Source: Chthoniobacterales bacterium
GTDB taxonomy: Bacteria; Verrucomicrobiota; Verrucomicrobiia; Chthoniobacterales; UBA10450
Length of the DNA: 64,000 nucleotides
NCBI GenBank assembly: GCA_035536995.1
Contig: DATLNB010000047.1
Coordinates: forward strand, 1,047-65,046
Reading direction: 5' to 3'
The translations under genes and the position numbers were made by a program. Positions 27,018 to 34,886 of this stretch are shown one piece after another (position 1 is the stretch's first letter; each line of letters begins with the position of its first letter). The notes beneath the pieces were generated by a model that did not search any database, was not told the DNA's origin, and worked only from the letters and a program-made list of their open reading frames with translations.

Positions 27018-28505
27018 TCAGCGCGAGAGGGCGTTGCGAATAGCTGCGGTTAACTCCGGAACCATTGCCGGCGTCTCGGCCGGCATTGATTCGTCGGTTC
27101 GACGGATGAAGTAGGGGATATCGAGCCTGAGTAGCGATTCGATTTCGGCCTTCTTCACCGCTGAACCCGCGGTCCCTCGTGTGCACAAGCGCTCGACGAG
27201 CTTCCGGCGCGCCGCGGATGAACGAAGCGCGCCGGGCTCGATCGAAGCTTGCCGGATTTCGATGTAGCGGACTGTCGCCCAGTATATCCAGCGGCGCTTC
27301 CGAGAACGGATGCGACGGACGCGCCGGCAGAAACTGGCATTCCGCTGATGGGTGCCCAGGATGCATTTCCACCCAGCCGCAAACCCCTTAACGATTGCCT
27401 CTTTGAAATCCGCCGCCTGCAAGATGGCTCCTTTGACACGGGGTAAGTGAATTCCGCTTTTTGTTTCGGCCAGGACGCTACTGCGCGATTGTAAGCTCCG
27501 CCGGTTTTGGCTCGGAAAGAACCCGGTGCGGAGGAGGACCGTAACTGGCGATTGAGTCTTTGTTACAGCCGAGACGTGCCAGAGCGCATCGAGATCTACG
27601 ACGACCGGTTGTTCACCCGCCGCGATCATGTTCTGGCGATGACAATCGACAGCTTTCAGAAGATAGGCGGCGACAATCGTGCCACCGACCCGCTGATAAA
27701 AGCGGCGGGCGGCGGCGCGGCTCGAGCATTGAGTCGGGGCTATGTCTTCCATCCAGCAATACCCTCTCCTTTGCAGAACCGGCGCCGCGCGCAAGGCCGG
27801 ATGGAAACCGTGGCGGTTCATCCAATTCAAAAGTGAATGCCATTCCGCTTCGCCCTGTCGCCGCCCCGGTTTGTAGATGATCGAACTGTTTTCGAAGATG
27901 ACTCGAACGACACTGCGACCGCAAAAATGTGGATCTGATAATCCGAGCTCCACGTCGTCAATTTTTCCCAGCGGCTTCTGGTCAAAAAACATCTGGGAAA
28001 GCACAGCCCGGTCTCTCGTCGCGCGGCCGATTACTTCCAGGAGGTGATCGCGCCATTGCCGAATTGTTAGCGCCCAAAGCTGCGCGAGGACGGGGTATCT
28101 CCGAAAGAGTGCCTGCAACCTGTGCCAGGGCTCGTGTTGCAAAAACATCTGCTCTCGTTTGGCCGGTGCCATGTCACCACGCCCCAACGCCTGTGTCGCG
28201 AGGCAAAAACTGGCCCATTCCAGGTCAAGGCTCGGCCGGGTAAGCCAGCGTAAACGCCCCCGTAAATCTTGTCTGATCCTTGCCTTCGCTTTTTCTGAGA
28301 CCCACCTTAAGCAACCCGTTCGGGAGTTATTAAGTTCCTGCCATCCGTAACTCACCCCGCTTTCACAGAGCCGTGCCAGTGCTCCTGCTTTCGCCGATGT
28401 GAAGCTGGCTCGCTCCAGGACGGCTAGCATTTTGCGAAGCTCTGGTTTGAAGGCGGCGGGCGCCGCAGTCACGATGGCTTTGATCCCAGGGGAGGAGATA
28501 GCCAT
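27018..28505 (-). CDS. Stand-alone LanM-type dehydratase (kinase/lyase) domain protein, DUF4135-like, no LanC cyclase domain
   Basis: Matches the remembered LanM N-terminal pattern throughout: SDPHFCGRSVVRVIFENSSIIYKPGRR, RRGYCWMEDI, FYQRVGGTIVAAYLLKAVDCHRQNMIAAGEQPVVVDLDALWH, R.IRSRKRRWIYWATVRY, EIESLLRLDIPYF. The protein ends after ~495 aa, so there is no room for a LanC-like domain. Confidence 0.75.
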   Translation of the reverse strand: MAISSPGIKAIVTAAPAAFKPELRKMLAVLERASFTSAKAGALARLCESGVSYGWQELNNSRTGCLRWVSEKAKARIRQDLRGRLRWLTRPSLDLEWASFCLATQALGRGDMAPAKREQMFLQHEPWHRLQALFRRYPVLAQLWALTIRQWRDHLLEVIGRATRDRAVLSQMFFDQKPLGKIDDVELGLSDPHFCGRSVVRVIFENSSIIYKPGRRQGEAEWHSLLNWMNRHGFHPALRAAPVLQRRGYCWMEDIAPTQCSSRAAARRFYQRVGGTIVAAYLLKAVDCHRQNMIAAGEQPVVVDLDALWHVSAVTKTQSPVTVLLRTGFFPSQNRRSLQSRSSVLAETKSGIHLPRVKGAILQAADFKEAIVKGFAAGWKCILGTHQRNASFCRRVRRIRSRKRRWIYWATVRYIEIRQASIEPGALRSSAARRKLVERLCTRGTAGSAVKKAEIESLLRLDIPYFIRRTDESMPAETPAMVPELTAAIRNALSR

Positions 28506-28538
28506 GCTCTGCCGTGAGGCTCAATGACGCCAGCGTCA

Positions 28539-30059
28539 CTACTGCAAATGCCGGCTGGGGAATTGGAAGCGCCGCCAATGCGCTTCGCATTCAGGTAACA
28601 GCCTTTCGTCACCGACGAGTTGAACCACGCGAATCAGTGAATCGACCGCCCGACATGACCCGCCCGGGAAAAACCACTGCGGCAAATTCCAGTCTGGCCC
28701 CATGATATTAAGATAGCTGTCCGGGTCGGCTTCAATCGCCCCCTCGATGACGTCCGCAACAATAGAACTACCCACCGGGCCCAAAGTCAGTCCTTCTTCT
28801 CTAAGCTCTGCTTCCTTGAGGATGTAATAGAAAAGGGGCGTGTTATCCTCGAGCCTGTTTCGGCGAAGTACGCTTCCGGATTCATTCGAGGTATCGGTTA
28901 TTAACTCGGCCTCACTGAGACGGTCTTCTGCCTTTATCCTGCCTTGGGCGATAAGAGCATTGGCGGCTTCCTGGCCCGAGACCAGACCTGCCCGGGCCCC
29001 TCGAAGCAAGGTGCGGACAGGAAGGTTGGATGGGTCCGGCGATTCGCGATGGTTAGCGAGACGGATCGTGCCCGGGGCGAGCCCGTGCATCGACTGGCTA
29101 ACCGAAGTATCTATAAAGGAACTTGAAGCCTGGGGACCCGATGTAGGCAGACCATCGAGAAAGGTACCCCATTCAACCAGGTAATCGTCAGGCAGGGGTG
29201 CGGCCGTTTGCCCCATTGCCATAAGCTCATCAATTACCACCCGCTTGTTGCGACAATTCAACCGATAGGCATTGCGCACCATGCTATGCCCGAATCGAAA
29301 CGCCGCGAGAGAGAATTCTATCGGAATCGGAAACTGCGTTCCTGTTTTCTGAATTATCCGGTTCTGTCGGCTATGCCAGACATCATTGCAGACCACCCGC
29401 GGAAGGTAGTCGTGCCGTACAATCCATTGGTAATGCCAGGAGACCAGCCGGCGCGCCTTCGCAAACAGAGTCCCTCCTCCTAAAGTCTCACCGAGCTCCG
29501 CGAGGCCTGGATTTGTTTGTAGTTGTTCTATCGCGACGTTGTGAAATTTGAGGAAGAGGACGTGGAGCTGGCGGAGTAACACATTGTCGAGGTTACGGCG
29601 GTCTTCCATGTCGCCGACGAGGAGGCGCCCCGCCTTCAGTGGCAGGTCCCGCTGGTATTCTCCCGGGGCGGTCGCACCGATCTTAAAAGTTTCGGCATCG
29701 GGTTCGCCTTCATACAGGTAAGGTGAAATGGCCGGCCCGCCCCCATAAACGTGGTCGAGATCCAGGGTCGGCGTCCTGAAGTTTGGTGTTTCCTCCGGTT
29801 CAGTATAAGGACCTGCCAGCGGCGTGGGGTCATGGGTGAGATCATGACCGACAAATTGCCCAAAGTAGGTGTAGCCGATGCGCGGCGTCAGGGTGCCCTC
29901 GCGCTCGACCTTATACCTCATCGAGTTTCCCAGGGTGATAAGCTTCCTTTCGTGGTCCCTCGTGACAGGGTGAGCCGGCCTGCCAAGGAGGCGCGTATAA
30001 TACCCCCTGGGCTCTGCCTTAGCAGGACGCGCGTGACTGCACATCCCTCGTGAATCCAT
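28539..30059 (-). CDS. Animal-type heme peroxidase family protein (peroxidase-cyclooxygenase superfamily)
   Basis: Distal-His motif YFGQFVGHDLTHD; proximal-His motif AAFRFGHSMV; HVLFLKFHN. No obvious signal peptide. Starts 5 nt downstream of the DUF885 gene stop, and 33 nt separate its stop from the DUF4135 gene start. Confidence 0.8.
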   Translation of the reverse strand: MDSRGMCSHARPAKAEPRGYYTRLLGRPAHPVTRDHERKLITLGNSMRYKVEREGTLTPRIGYTYFGQFVGHDLTHDPTPLAGPYTEPEETPNFRTPTLDLDHVYGGGPAISPYLYEGEPDAETFKIGATAPGEYQRDLPLKAGRLLVGDMEDRRNLDNVLLRQLHVLFLKFHNVAIEQLQTNPGLAELGETLGGGTLFAKARRLVSWHYQWIVRHDYLPRVVCNDVWHSRQNRIIQKTGTQFPIPIEFSLAAFRFGHSMVRNAYRLNCRNKRVVIDELMAMGQTAAPLPDDYLVEWGTFLDGLPTSGPQASSSFIDTSVSQSMHGLAPGTIRLANHRESPDPSNLPVRTLLRGARAGLVSGQEAANALIAQGRIKAEDRLSEAELITDTSNESGSVLRRNRLEDNTPLFYYILKEAELREEGLTLGPVGSSIVADVIEGAIEADPDSYLNIMGPDWNLPQWFFPGGSCRAVDSLIRVVQLVGDERLLPECEAHWRRFQFPSRHLQ

Positions 30060-30064
30060 GGGAC

Positions 30065-31867
30065 TTATTGCCGCTTCGGAGACGGCGTGCTCCCGGGTGG
30101 CGCCTTCTTCGTTTCAAGCCAGCGATTTACATTTTGTTCGAGCACGTCGAGCGGGACGGCTCCGGAAAGCAGGACGGTATCGTGGAACTCGCGGATATCG
30201 AATCCGTCGCCGATTGCCCGGCGAGCGCGGTCACGAAGCTCTTTCAGCTTGAGCTCACCGATCTTGTAAGCCAGGGCCTGTCCCGGCATTGAGATGTAAC
30301 GGTCGATCTCGTTGACGATGTCGTTCTCGGCCTTGGGGGCATTTTCCATGAAGAAGTCGATCGCGCGCTGGCGTTCCCACTTCATCTGGTGCATGCCGGT
30401 ATCGACCACTAGCCGGACCGCCCGCCACATTTCATAAGTCAGCTGACCGAATTTCGAATACGGATCGTCATAGAGTCCCATGTCCTCGCCGAGTGACTCA
30501 GCATAAAGGCCCCAACCTTCGACATAAGCTGTGAACCCTCCATACCGGCGGAACTTGGGAACATCCCCTAACTCCTGGGCCAGGGCGATCTGGAGATGAT
30601 GGCCCGGCACTGCCTCGTGCAATGACAATGCCATCATCTCCCACTTCGGCCGCGTCTCGGGCTTGTAGAGATTGACGAAGTAATACCCGGAGCGTGAGCC
30701 GTCTGCCGCCGGCTGGTTATAGTAGGCTGTGGTGGTGTCCGGGGCGATCTTATCCGGAATCGGTATCACTCCATAAGGCATCCGCGGCAACGTCTTGAAC
30801 ACCTTTACGAGGTGTGGGTCGATCCGCTTGGCCATGGCCTGATACGCAGCCAGCAATTCCTCCGGCGTCTTGTAAAAGAACTGAGGATCGGTCCGGAGTT
30901 TCGTGAAGAATTCCGGAAGGGTGCCTTTGAAATCGACCTTGCCCATGACGGTCTGCATCTCAGCCTTGATGCGCGCCACTTCACTCAGGCCTTTTTCGTG
31001 GATTTGCTGGGGCGTAAGGTCGGTAGTGGTGTGGCGTTTTGTGAGATGAGAGTAATACTCGGCACCCTCTGGCATTTGCCATACGCCAACCTGCTCGAAC
31101 GCTGCGGGCAGATATTCTTCGACAAAATACTTCTTCAGTTTCTCGAATGAAGGCAGGACACCGGACGCAACCGCCTCCTGCGCGGCTTTTGCCAGCCGAT
31201 CGCGGTCGGCCGCGCTGATTGCTTCCGGGAATTTTCGGAACGGCTTGTAGAACGGGCTATCCTCCGGCTTGGAGACCAGCTGCTTGTCGATTTGCGCCGG
31301 GACCCGGTTCAGAACGATCTTCGGCCAGATGATATGCGCGCGCGCTCCCTCGCGCATCAGGGCGATATTTTGCTCTACCAGAGCGGGAAAGGCGCGCAGC
31401 CTGGCGATCCAATCCTCGAAATCCTTGAGGTTCTCGAAGCGGATCCGATCCGTCAGCTCATCGAGCGTTTGGACGCCGCCACGCTGAGTAATCGGCATCA
31501 GGTAACTGCGAAACTTGAAACCCTCGATGTCGTTTTCGAGGTCCTTCTGGAACAGATCGTAGTTGAGCTGGTTTGCCAACGAGAGCTGGGCGCGATTGAA
31601 TTTCTTTAAACGTGTGAGCGTTTCCCTGGCATGCGCTTCGCGCTTCCGGATCGCGTCCAGGCTCTGATCGCCCCAACGATCATTCCAGCGGCGATCGCCC
31701 ATGAACGATGCCCGGACGGGACTTTGTTCCATCTCGTAATTCCATTCCGCTTCGAAGAAATCGTTGAGGGCCTTATCCTCTCCTTTGTTTTGTGCATGAA
31801 GCATGGACGCGAAGTGCAGGCCCAGAAGGACAACGAGGAGGCGGACCGAAAAGGTAAGTGAGCGCAT
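30065..31867 (-). CDS. Secreted DUF885 family protein (putative metallopeptidase-like)
   Basis: Signal peptide from the ATG at 31865-31867 (MRSLTFSVRLLVVLLGLHFASMLHA). HEAVPGHHLQ motif; N-terminal FFEAEWNYEMEQSPVRASFMGD pattern typical of DUF885. Confidence 0.8.
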   Translation of the reverse strand: MRSLTFSVRLLVVLLGLHFASMLHAQNKGEDKALNDFFEAEWNYEMEQSPVRASFMGDRRWNDRWGDQSLDAIRKREAHARETLTRLKKFNRAQLSLANQLNYDLFQKDLENDIEGFKFRSYLMPITQRGGVQTLDELTDRIRFENLKDFEDWIARLRAFPALVEQNIALMREGARAHIIWPKIVLNRVPAQIDKQLVSKPEDSPFYKPFRKFPEAISAADRDRLAKAAQEAVASGVLPSFEKLKKYFVEEYLPAAFEQVGVWQMPEGAEYYSHLTKRHTTTDLTPQQIHEKGLSEVARIKAEMQTVMGKVDFKGTLPEFFTKLRTDPQFFYKTPEELLAAYQAMAKRIDPHLVKVFKTLPRMPYGVIPIPDKIAPDTTTAYYNQPAADGSRSGYYFVNLYKPETRPKWEMMALSLHEAVPGHHLQIALAQELGDVPKFRRYGGFTAYVEGWGLYAESLGEDMGLYDDPYSKFGQLTYEMWRAVRLVVDTGMHQMKWERQRAIDFFMENAPKAENDIVNEIDRYISMPGQALAYKIGELKLKELRDRARRAIGDGFDIREFHDTVLLSGAVPLDVLEQNVNRWLETKKAPPGSTPSPKRQ

Positions 31868-31947
31868 GATTTTACGTTTGGTTGCAAGCTGGGGCCGCGA
31901 CGCCATTGTCTAGAGACGCTGGAAAAAGAACAATTAAAACTTGCCTT

Positions 31948-33423
31948 ATGATGCGACGCGCCCGCTCGGAATCCGCTCTTACTTCGCTTGCCGCGATGGT
32001 GCTCCTAACGATTGTCCCAGCCACCGCGCTCGCTCAGGAACCGTCGCCTTCGCCGACGCCGACCCCCACGCCGCCGCTTTACTCCGCGCAAACACTCGCA
32101 GAACTGAAACAAATCCAGCAGGCTTCGTTGAAGAGCGATTACGCGTACCGGCAGGTCGCGCACCTCTGCAATAACATCGGCCCGCGATTGACCGGCTCTG
32201 CCCAGGCGCAGAAGGCGGTGGATTACGTCGCGGCTGAATTGAAGGCCCTCGGCCTCGAAGTGCAGCTCGAGAAATTGATGGTGCCGCACTGGGTCCGCGG
32301 CGAGGAAACTGCCGCCTTGGTGGAGTTCCCCGGGATGGCTGAAAACACGACCCAAAAGATTGTTCTTTGCGCGCTCGGCTCGAGCGTGGCAACGCCCGCG
32401 GACGGATTGACCGCCGAGGTCGTCGTGGTTCGTGATTTCGATGAGCTCGAGGCGCTCGGGAAAGACAAGGTCGCGGGCAGGATCGTCCTGTTCAATTATC
32501 GTTTTGACAGGCAAATGGCGGCGCAAAGCCGGGCAGGCGACGCTTACGGACAGGCAGTGAAGTATCGTTCTGATGGGCCGACGGCGGCCGGACGTCTTGG
32601 AGCGGTCGCGGCCCTGATTCGGTCAGTAGGTGGCGCGGAATATCGTCTGCCCCATACCGGGAACACGGATTACAAAGCCGACGCGCCGAAGATCCCCGCC
32701 GGGGCTGTGTCGGCGGAAGACGCCGATTTGATAGCGTCCCTGGTTCCACAGGGGACGGTGCGGATGCGCTTGCTCCTGACGCCGCAGACCCTGCCTGACG
32801 CCCCCAGTTTCAACGTCATCGGCGATATCAAGGGGAGCGAGTATCCCGAGCAAATCATAATTGTCTCAGGTCACCTGGACTCATGGGATCTGGGGACGGG
32901 TGCGATCGATGACGCGGCAGGAGTGGCTGTATCGATGGAGGCGGCGAATGTAATCCGGAAACTTAACCTGCGGCCGAAACGCACGATCCGCGTGATCGCG
33001 TGGATGAACGAAGAGAACGGGCTGGTCGGCGGGAAGACGTACGCCAGGAACCGGGAGAAGGAGATTGCCAATCATTTCGCCGCCATCGAAACAGATGGCG
33101 GGGCCGGGCATCCGCTCGGGATCAATTATGCGACCAAACCGGAAGGGAAAACCTTTTTCGAACCAGTCGCAAAGATCTTGCGAAGCTCGGGCGCGGGTAT
33201 ACTTCAGCACGCGGAACATCCGGGAGCGGACATCGGTCCGCTGACCAAGCTGGGCGTTCCTGGCTTCAGCCCAATTCAGGATAACAGAACCTATTTCGAC
33301 TACCACCACACGGCCGCCGACACCTTCGATAAAATCGTTCCCCAGGAGCTGGCGGAAAACGCAGCGGTGGTGGCAGTGACAGCTTACGCTCTGGCGAATC
33401 TCGAAAAGCCGCTGCCGCGCTGA
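31948..33423 (+). CDS. Secreted M28 family metallopeptidase (aminopeptidase-like, with PA-type insert)
   Basis: Signal peptide (LAAMVLLTIVPATALA) followed by a Pro/Ser/Thr linker. M28 metal-site context VSGHLDSWDLGTGAIDDAAGVA and WMNEENGLVG. Confidence 0.8.
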   Translation: MMRRARSESALTSLAAMVLLTIVPATALAQEPSPSPTPTPTPPLYSAQTLAELKQIQQASLKSDYAYRQVAHLCNNIGPRLTGSAQAQKAVDYVAAELKALGLEVQLEKLMVPHWVRGEETAALVEFPGMAENTTQKIVLCALGSSVATPADGLTAEVVVVRDFDELEALGKDKVAGRIVLFNYRFDRQMAAQSRAGDAYGQAVKYRSDGPTAAGRLGAVAALIRSVGGAEYRLPHTGNTDYKADAPKIPAGAVSAEDADLIASLVPQGTVRMRLLLTPQTLPDAPSFNVIGDIKGSEYPEQIIIVSGHLDSWDLGTGAIDDAAGVAVSMEAANVIRKLNLRPKRTIRVIAWMNEENGLVGGKTYARNREKEIANHFAAIETDGGAGHPLGINYATKPEGKTFFEPVAKILRSSGAGILQHAEHPGADIGPLTKLGVPGFSPIQDNRTYFDYHHTAADTFDKIVPQELAENAAVVAVTAYALANLEKPLPR

Positions 33424-33440
33424 AGGGCCACAAAACAAAA

Positions 33441-33466
33441 AGCCCTCGCGTCGAAACGCGAGGGCT
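33441..33466. terminator. Bidirectional intrinsic terminator hairpin between convergent genes
   Basis: Perfect 10-bp stem AGCCCTCGCG / CGCGAGGGCT with a 6-nt loop, flanked by an A-run (33437-33440) and TTTT (33467-33469). Confidence 0.8.
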
Positions 33467-33495
33467 TTTGTCCCTGTCTCGTTACTCCTAACTAC

Positions 33496-34806
33496 TTAGT
33501 CGCGATCCAGCTCGTAGACTTCGACCAGCGCGATGCCGGTCCCGTTGTTCACGCCGTCCACCACGGTCGTGTAAGTGCCGGGCTCGAGCCGGATCAGGAT
33601 AGCGGCTTCCTGCGCATCGGTCGGAGCGATCGTGGTAGCGATCACTTCGTTCGCATTGGCCGCACTGCCCCAATTATCGTTCTGGCGAAGAAGGGTGGTG
33701 TTCTGGAACAGCTTAAGTTGTGGGTCAGCCAGGGCTGGGCTCACACCTCGCGCCGTCAAAGAAGGTCCGAGCGCGCGGATTAGCACGAGTTTCGGTCCGC
33801 CCCGGATAATAAAGCCGCCGATTAGCTGGCCCTGGCCGGTATTCACGAACCCGCGGGTCGCGATATTCGCCAGGCGATTCTCGGAGGATTCCTGCGGCGC
33901 ACGGAAGCGGAAGACGACGCCGTTCAATGTGAAGTCGCCGATGAGCAATCCATGACTGCGGGTGAGATGGCCGGTCACGGTCTCACCGGTCACGAAGGTC
34001 AACGTAAAGGTCGCGCTGAAGCTATGATCGTTATCGTCCAGGTGATGATCTTCTCTTTCATCGCTGTCCTCGTTGCAGTTGTTACCCGGGCCGCTGCTGT
34101 CGCAGTCGTCATCATCACCATCGCCGTCGTGATCGGGCGTGCTTGCGCTGGCAAGTGCGAACGATGGAGAAGGACTCGGCGAAGCCGATGGGCTGGGCGA
34201 GGCGGACGGGCTTGGTGAAGCCGATGGGCTTGGAGATGCAGATGGACTTGGAGATGCAGATGGGCTCGGCGAAGCAGACGGTCCAGGAGAAGGCGAAGGC
34301 GACGCGCTTACCGTTACCGTGCCGAATCCGCCGAGAACGTTCGAACCCTGTTTGGCGATCATGAAAATGTTCTTTTGAGCATCGATCACGAAGCGGACGT
34401 CGAAGGAAACGCCGGTGCTGGAGGTCGCGATGGCGGAAAATCGGCCACCCAGGTGCTCCGATTCGCCGAACGTTCCCGCCCGATTGGCCGTCACCGTCTG
34501 GTTCAGCAGCGTGGCGGTAACGAAGCCGGAATTTACCGTGCCGGTGATTGTGCCTGCGGGGGTCGTCGTCAACGTGAAGGTCCCGTTATCGTTTATGGTC
34601 GCGCCGCCGAGGTAGGCCTGGTGGCCGGCGGTATCGAACACGTAAGTCGAAAGCGCCCGGTTACCCTGGACAAAGAAAACGATCCGGCCGCCTCCAGCCA
34701 GATTGCCTTCGTAAAAACCGCGCCTGCTTTCCTCCGCGAAGCCCGGGACCGCCAAAGCGATCAGGAGCGCGCAGACCTGTAAAGATCGAGACATCCATTG
34801 TTTCAT
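33496..34806 (-). CDS. Secreted protein: N-terminal beta-rich domain - (SPSPSA)n linker - acidic Asp/His/Cys region - one C-terminal ~125-aa repeat module
   Basis: Signal peptide (VCALLIALAVPGFA). SP-rich linker encoded at 34162-34305, acidic region at 34024-34140. The module at 33499-33873 has the same motifs as in the M10 protease and the haloperoxidase-like protein. Confidence 0.8.
   Translation of the reverse strand: MKQWMSRSLQVCALLIALAVPGFAEESRRGFYEGNLAGGGRIVFFVQGNRALSTYVFDTAGHQAYLGGATINDNGTFTLTTTPAGTITGTVNSGFVTATLLNQTVTANRAGTFGESEHLGGRFSAIATSSTGVSFDVRFVIDAQKNIFMIAKQGSNVLGGFGTVTVSASPSPSPGPSASPSPSASPSPSASPSPSASPSPSASPSPSASPSPSPSFALASASTPDHDGDGDDDDCDSSGPGNNCNEDSDEREDHHLDDNDHSFSATFTLTFVTGETVTGHLTRSHGLLIGDFTLNGVVFRFRAPQESSENRLANIATRGFVNTGQGQLIGGFIIRGGPKLVLIRALGPSLTARGVSPALADPQLKLFQNTTLLRQNDNWGSAANANEVIATTIAPTDAQEAAILIRLEPGTYTTVVDGVNNGTGIALVEVYELDRD
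34162..34305 (-). repeat. Coding tandem repeat (18-nt period) encoding SPSPSA units
   Basis: The plus strand reads ...GGCGAAGCCGATGGGCTG/GGCGAGGCGGACGGGCTT/GGTGAAGCCGATGGGCTT/GGAGATGCAGATGGACTT... These imperfect 18-nt units lie inside CDS 33496-34806. Confidence 0.8.
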
Positions 34807-34886
34807 GCGCCCATTTCAACACCACAGCGCGAGCGATTCCACCTGACAAAGGTAACGTGATTGTTACCCGGCACGAAGACGACTCG

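Noticed and set aside
27018-28505. Calling this a complete class II lanthipeptide synthetase (LanM)
   Set aside because: The protein ends after the dehydratase (DUF4135-like) region. No LanC-like Zn-ligand motifs or a separate LanC gene are visible in the window, so a canonical lanthipeptide pathway is not supported.
34139-34378. Regular short DNA repeats considered as a possible CRISPR or minisatellite, plus the plus-strand ORFs encoding GLGEADGLGEAD
   Set aside because: The period is 18 nt with no unique spacers. The repeats lie inside a well-supported minus-strand CDS where they encode SPSPSA, so this is a coding tandem repeat, not a CRISPR array.
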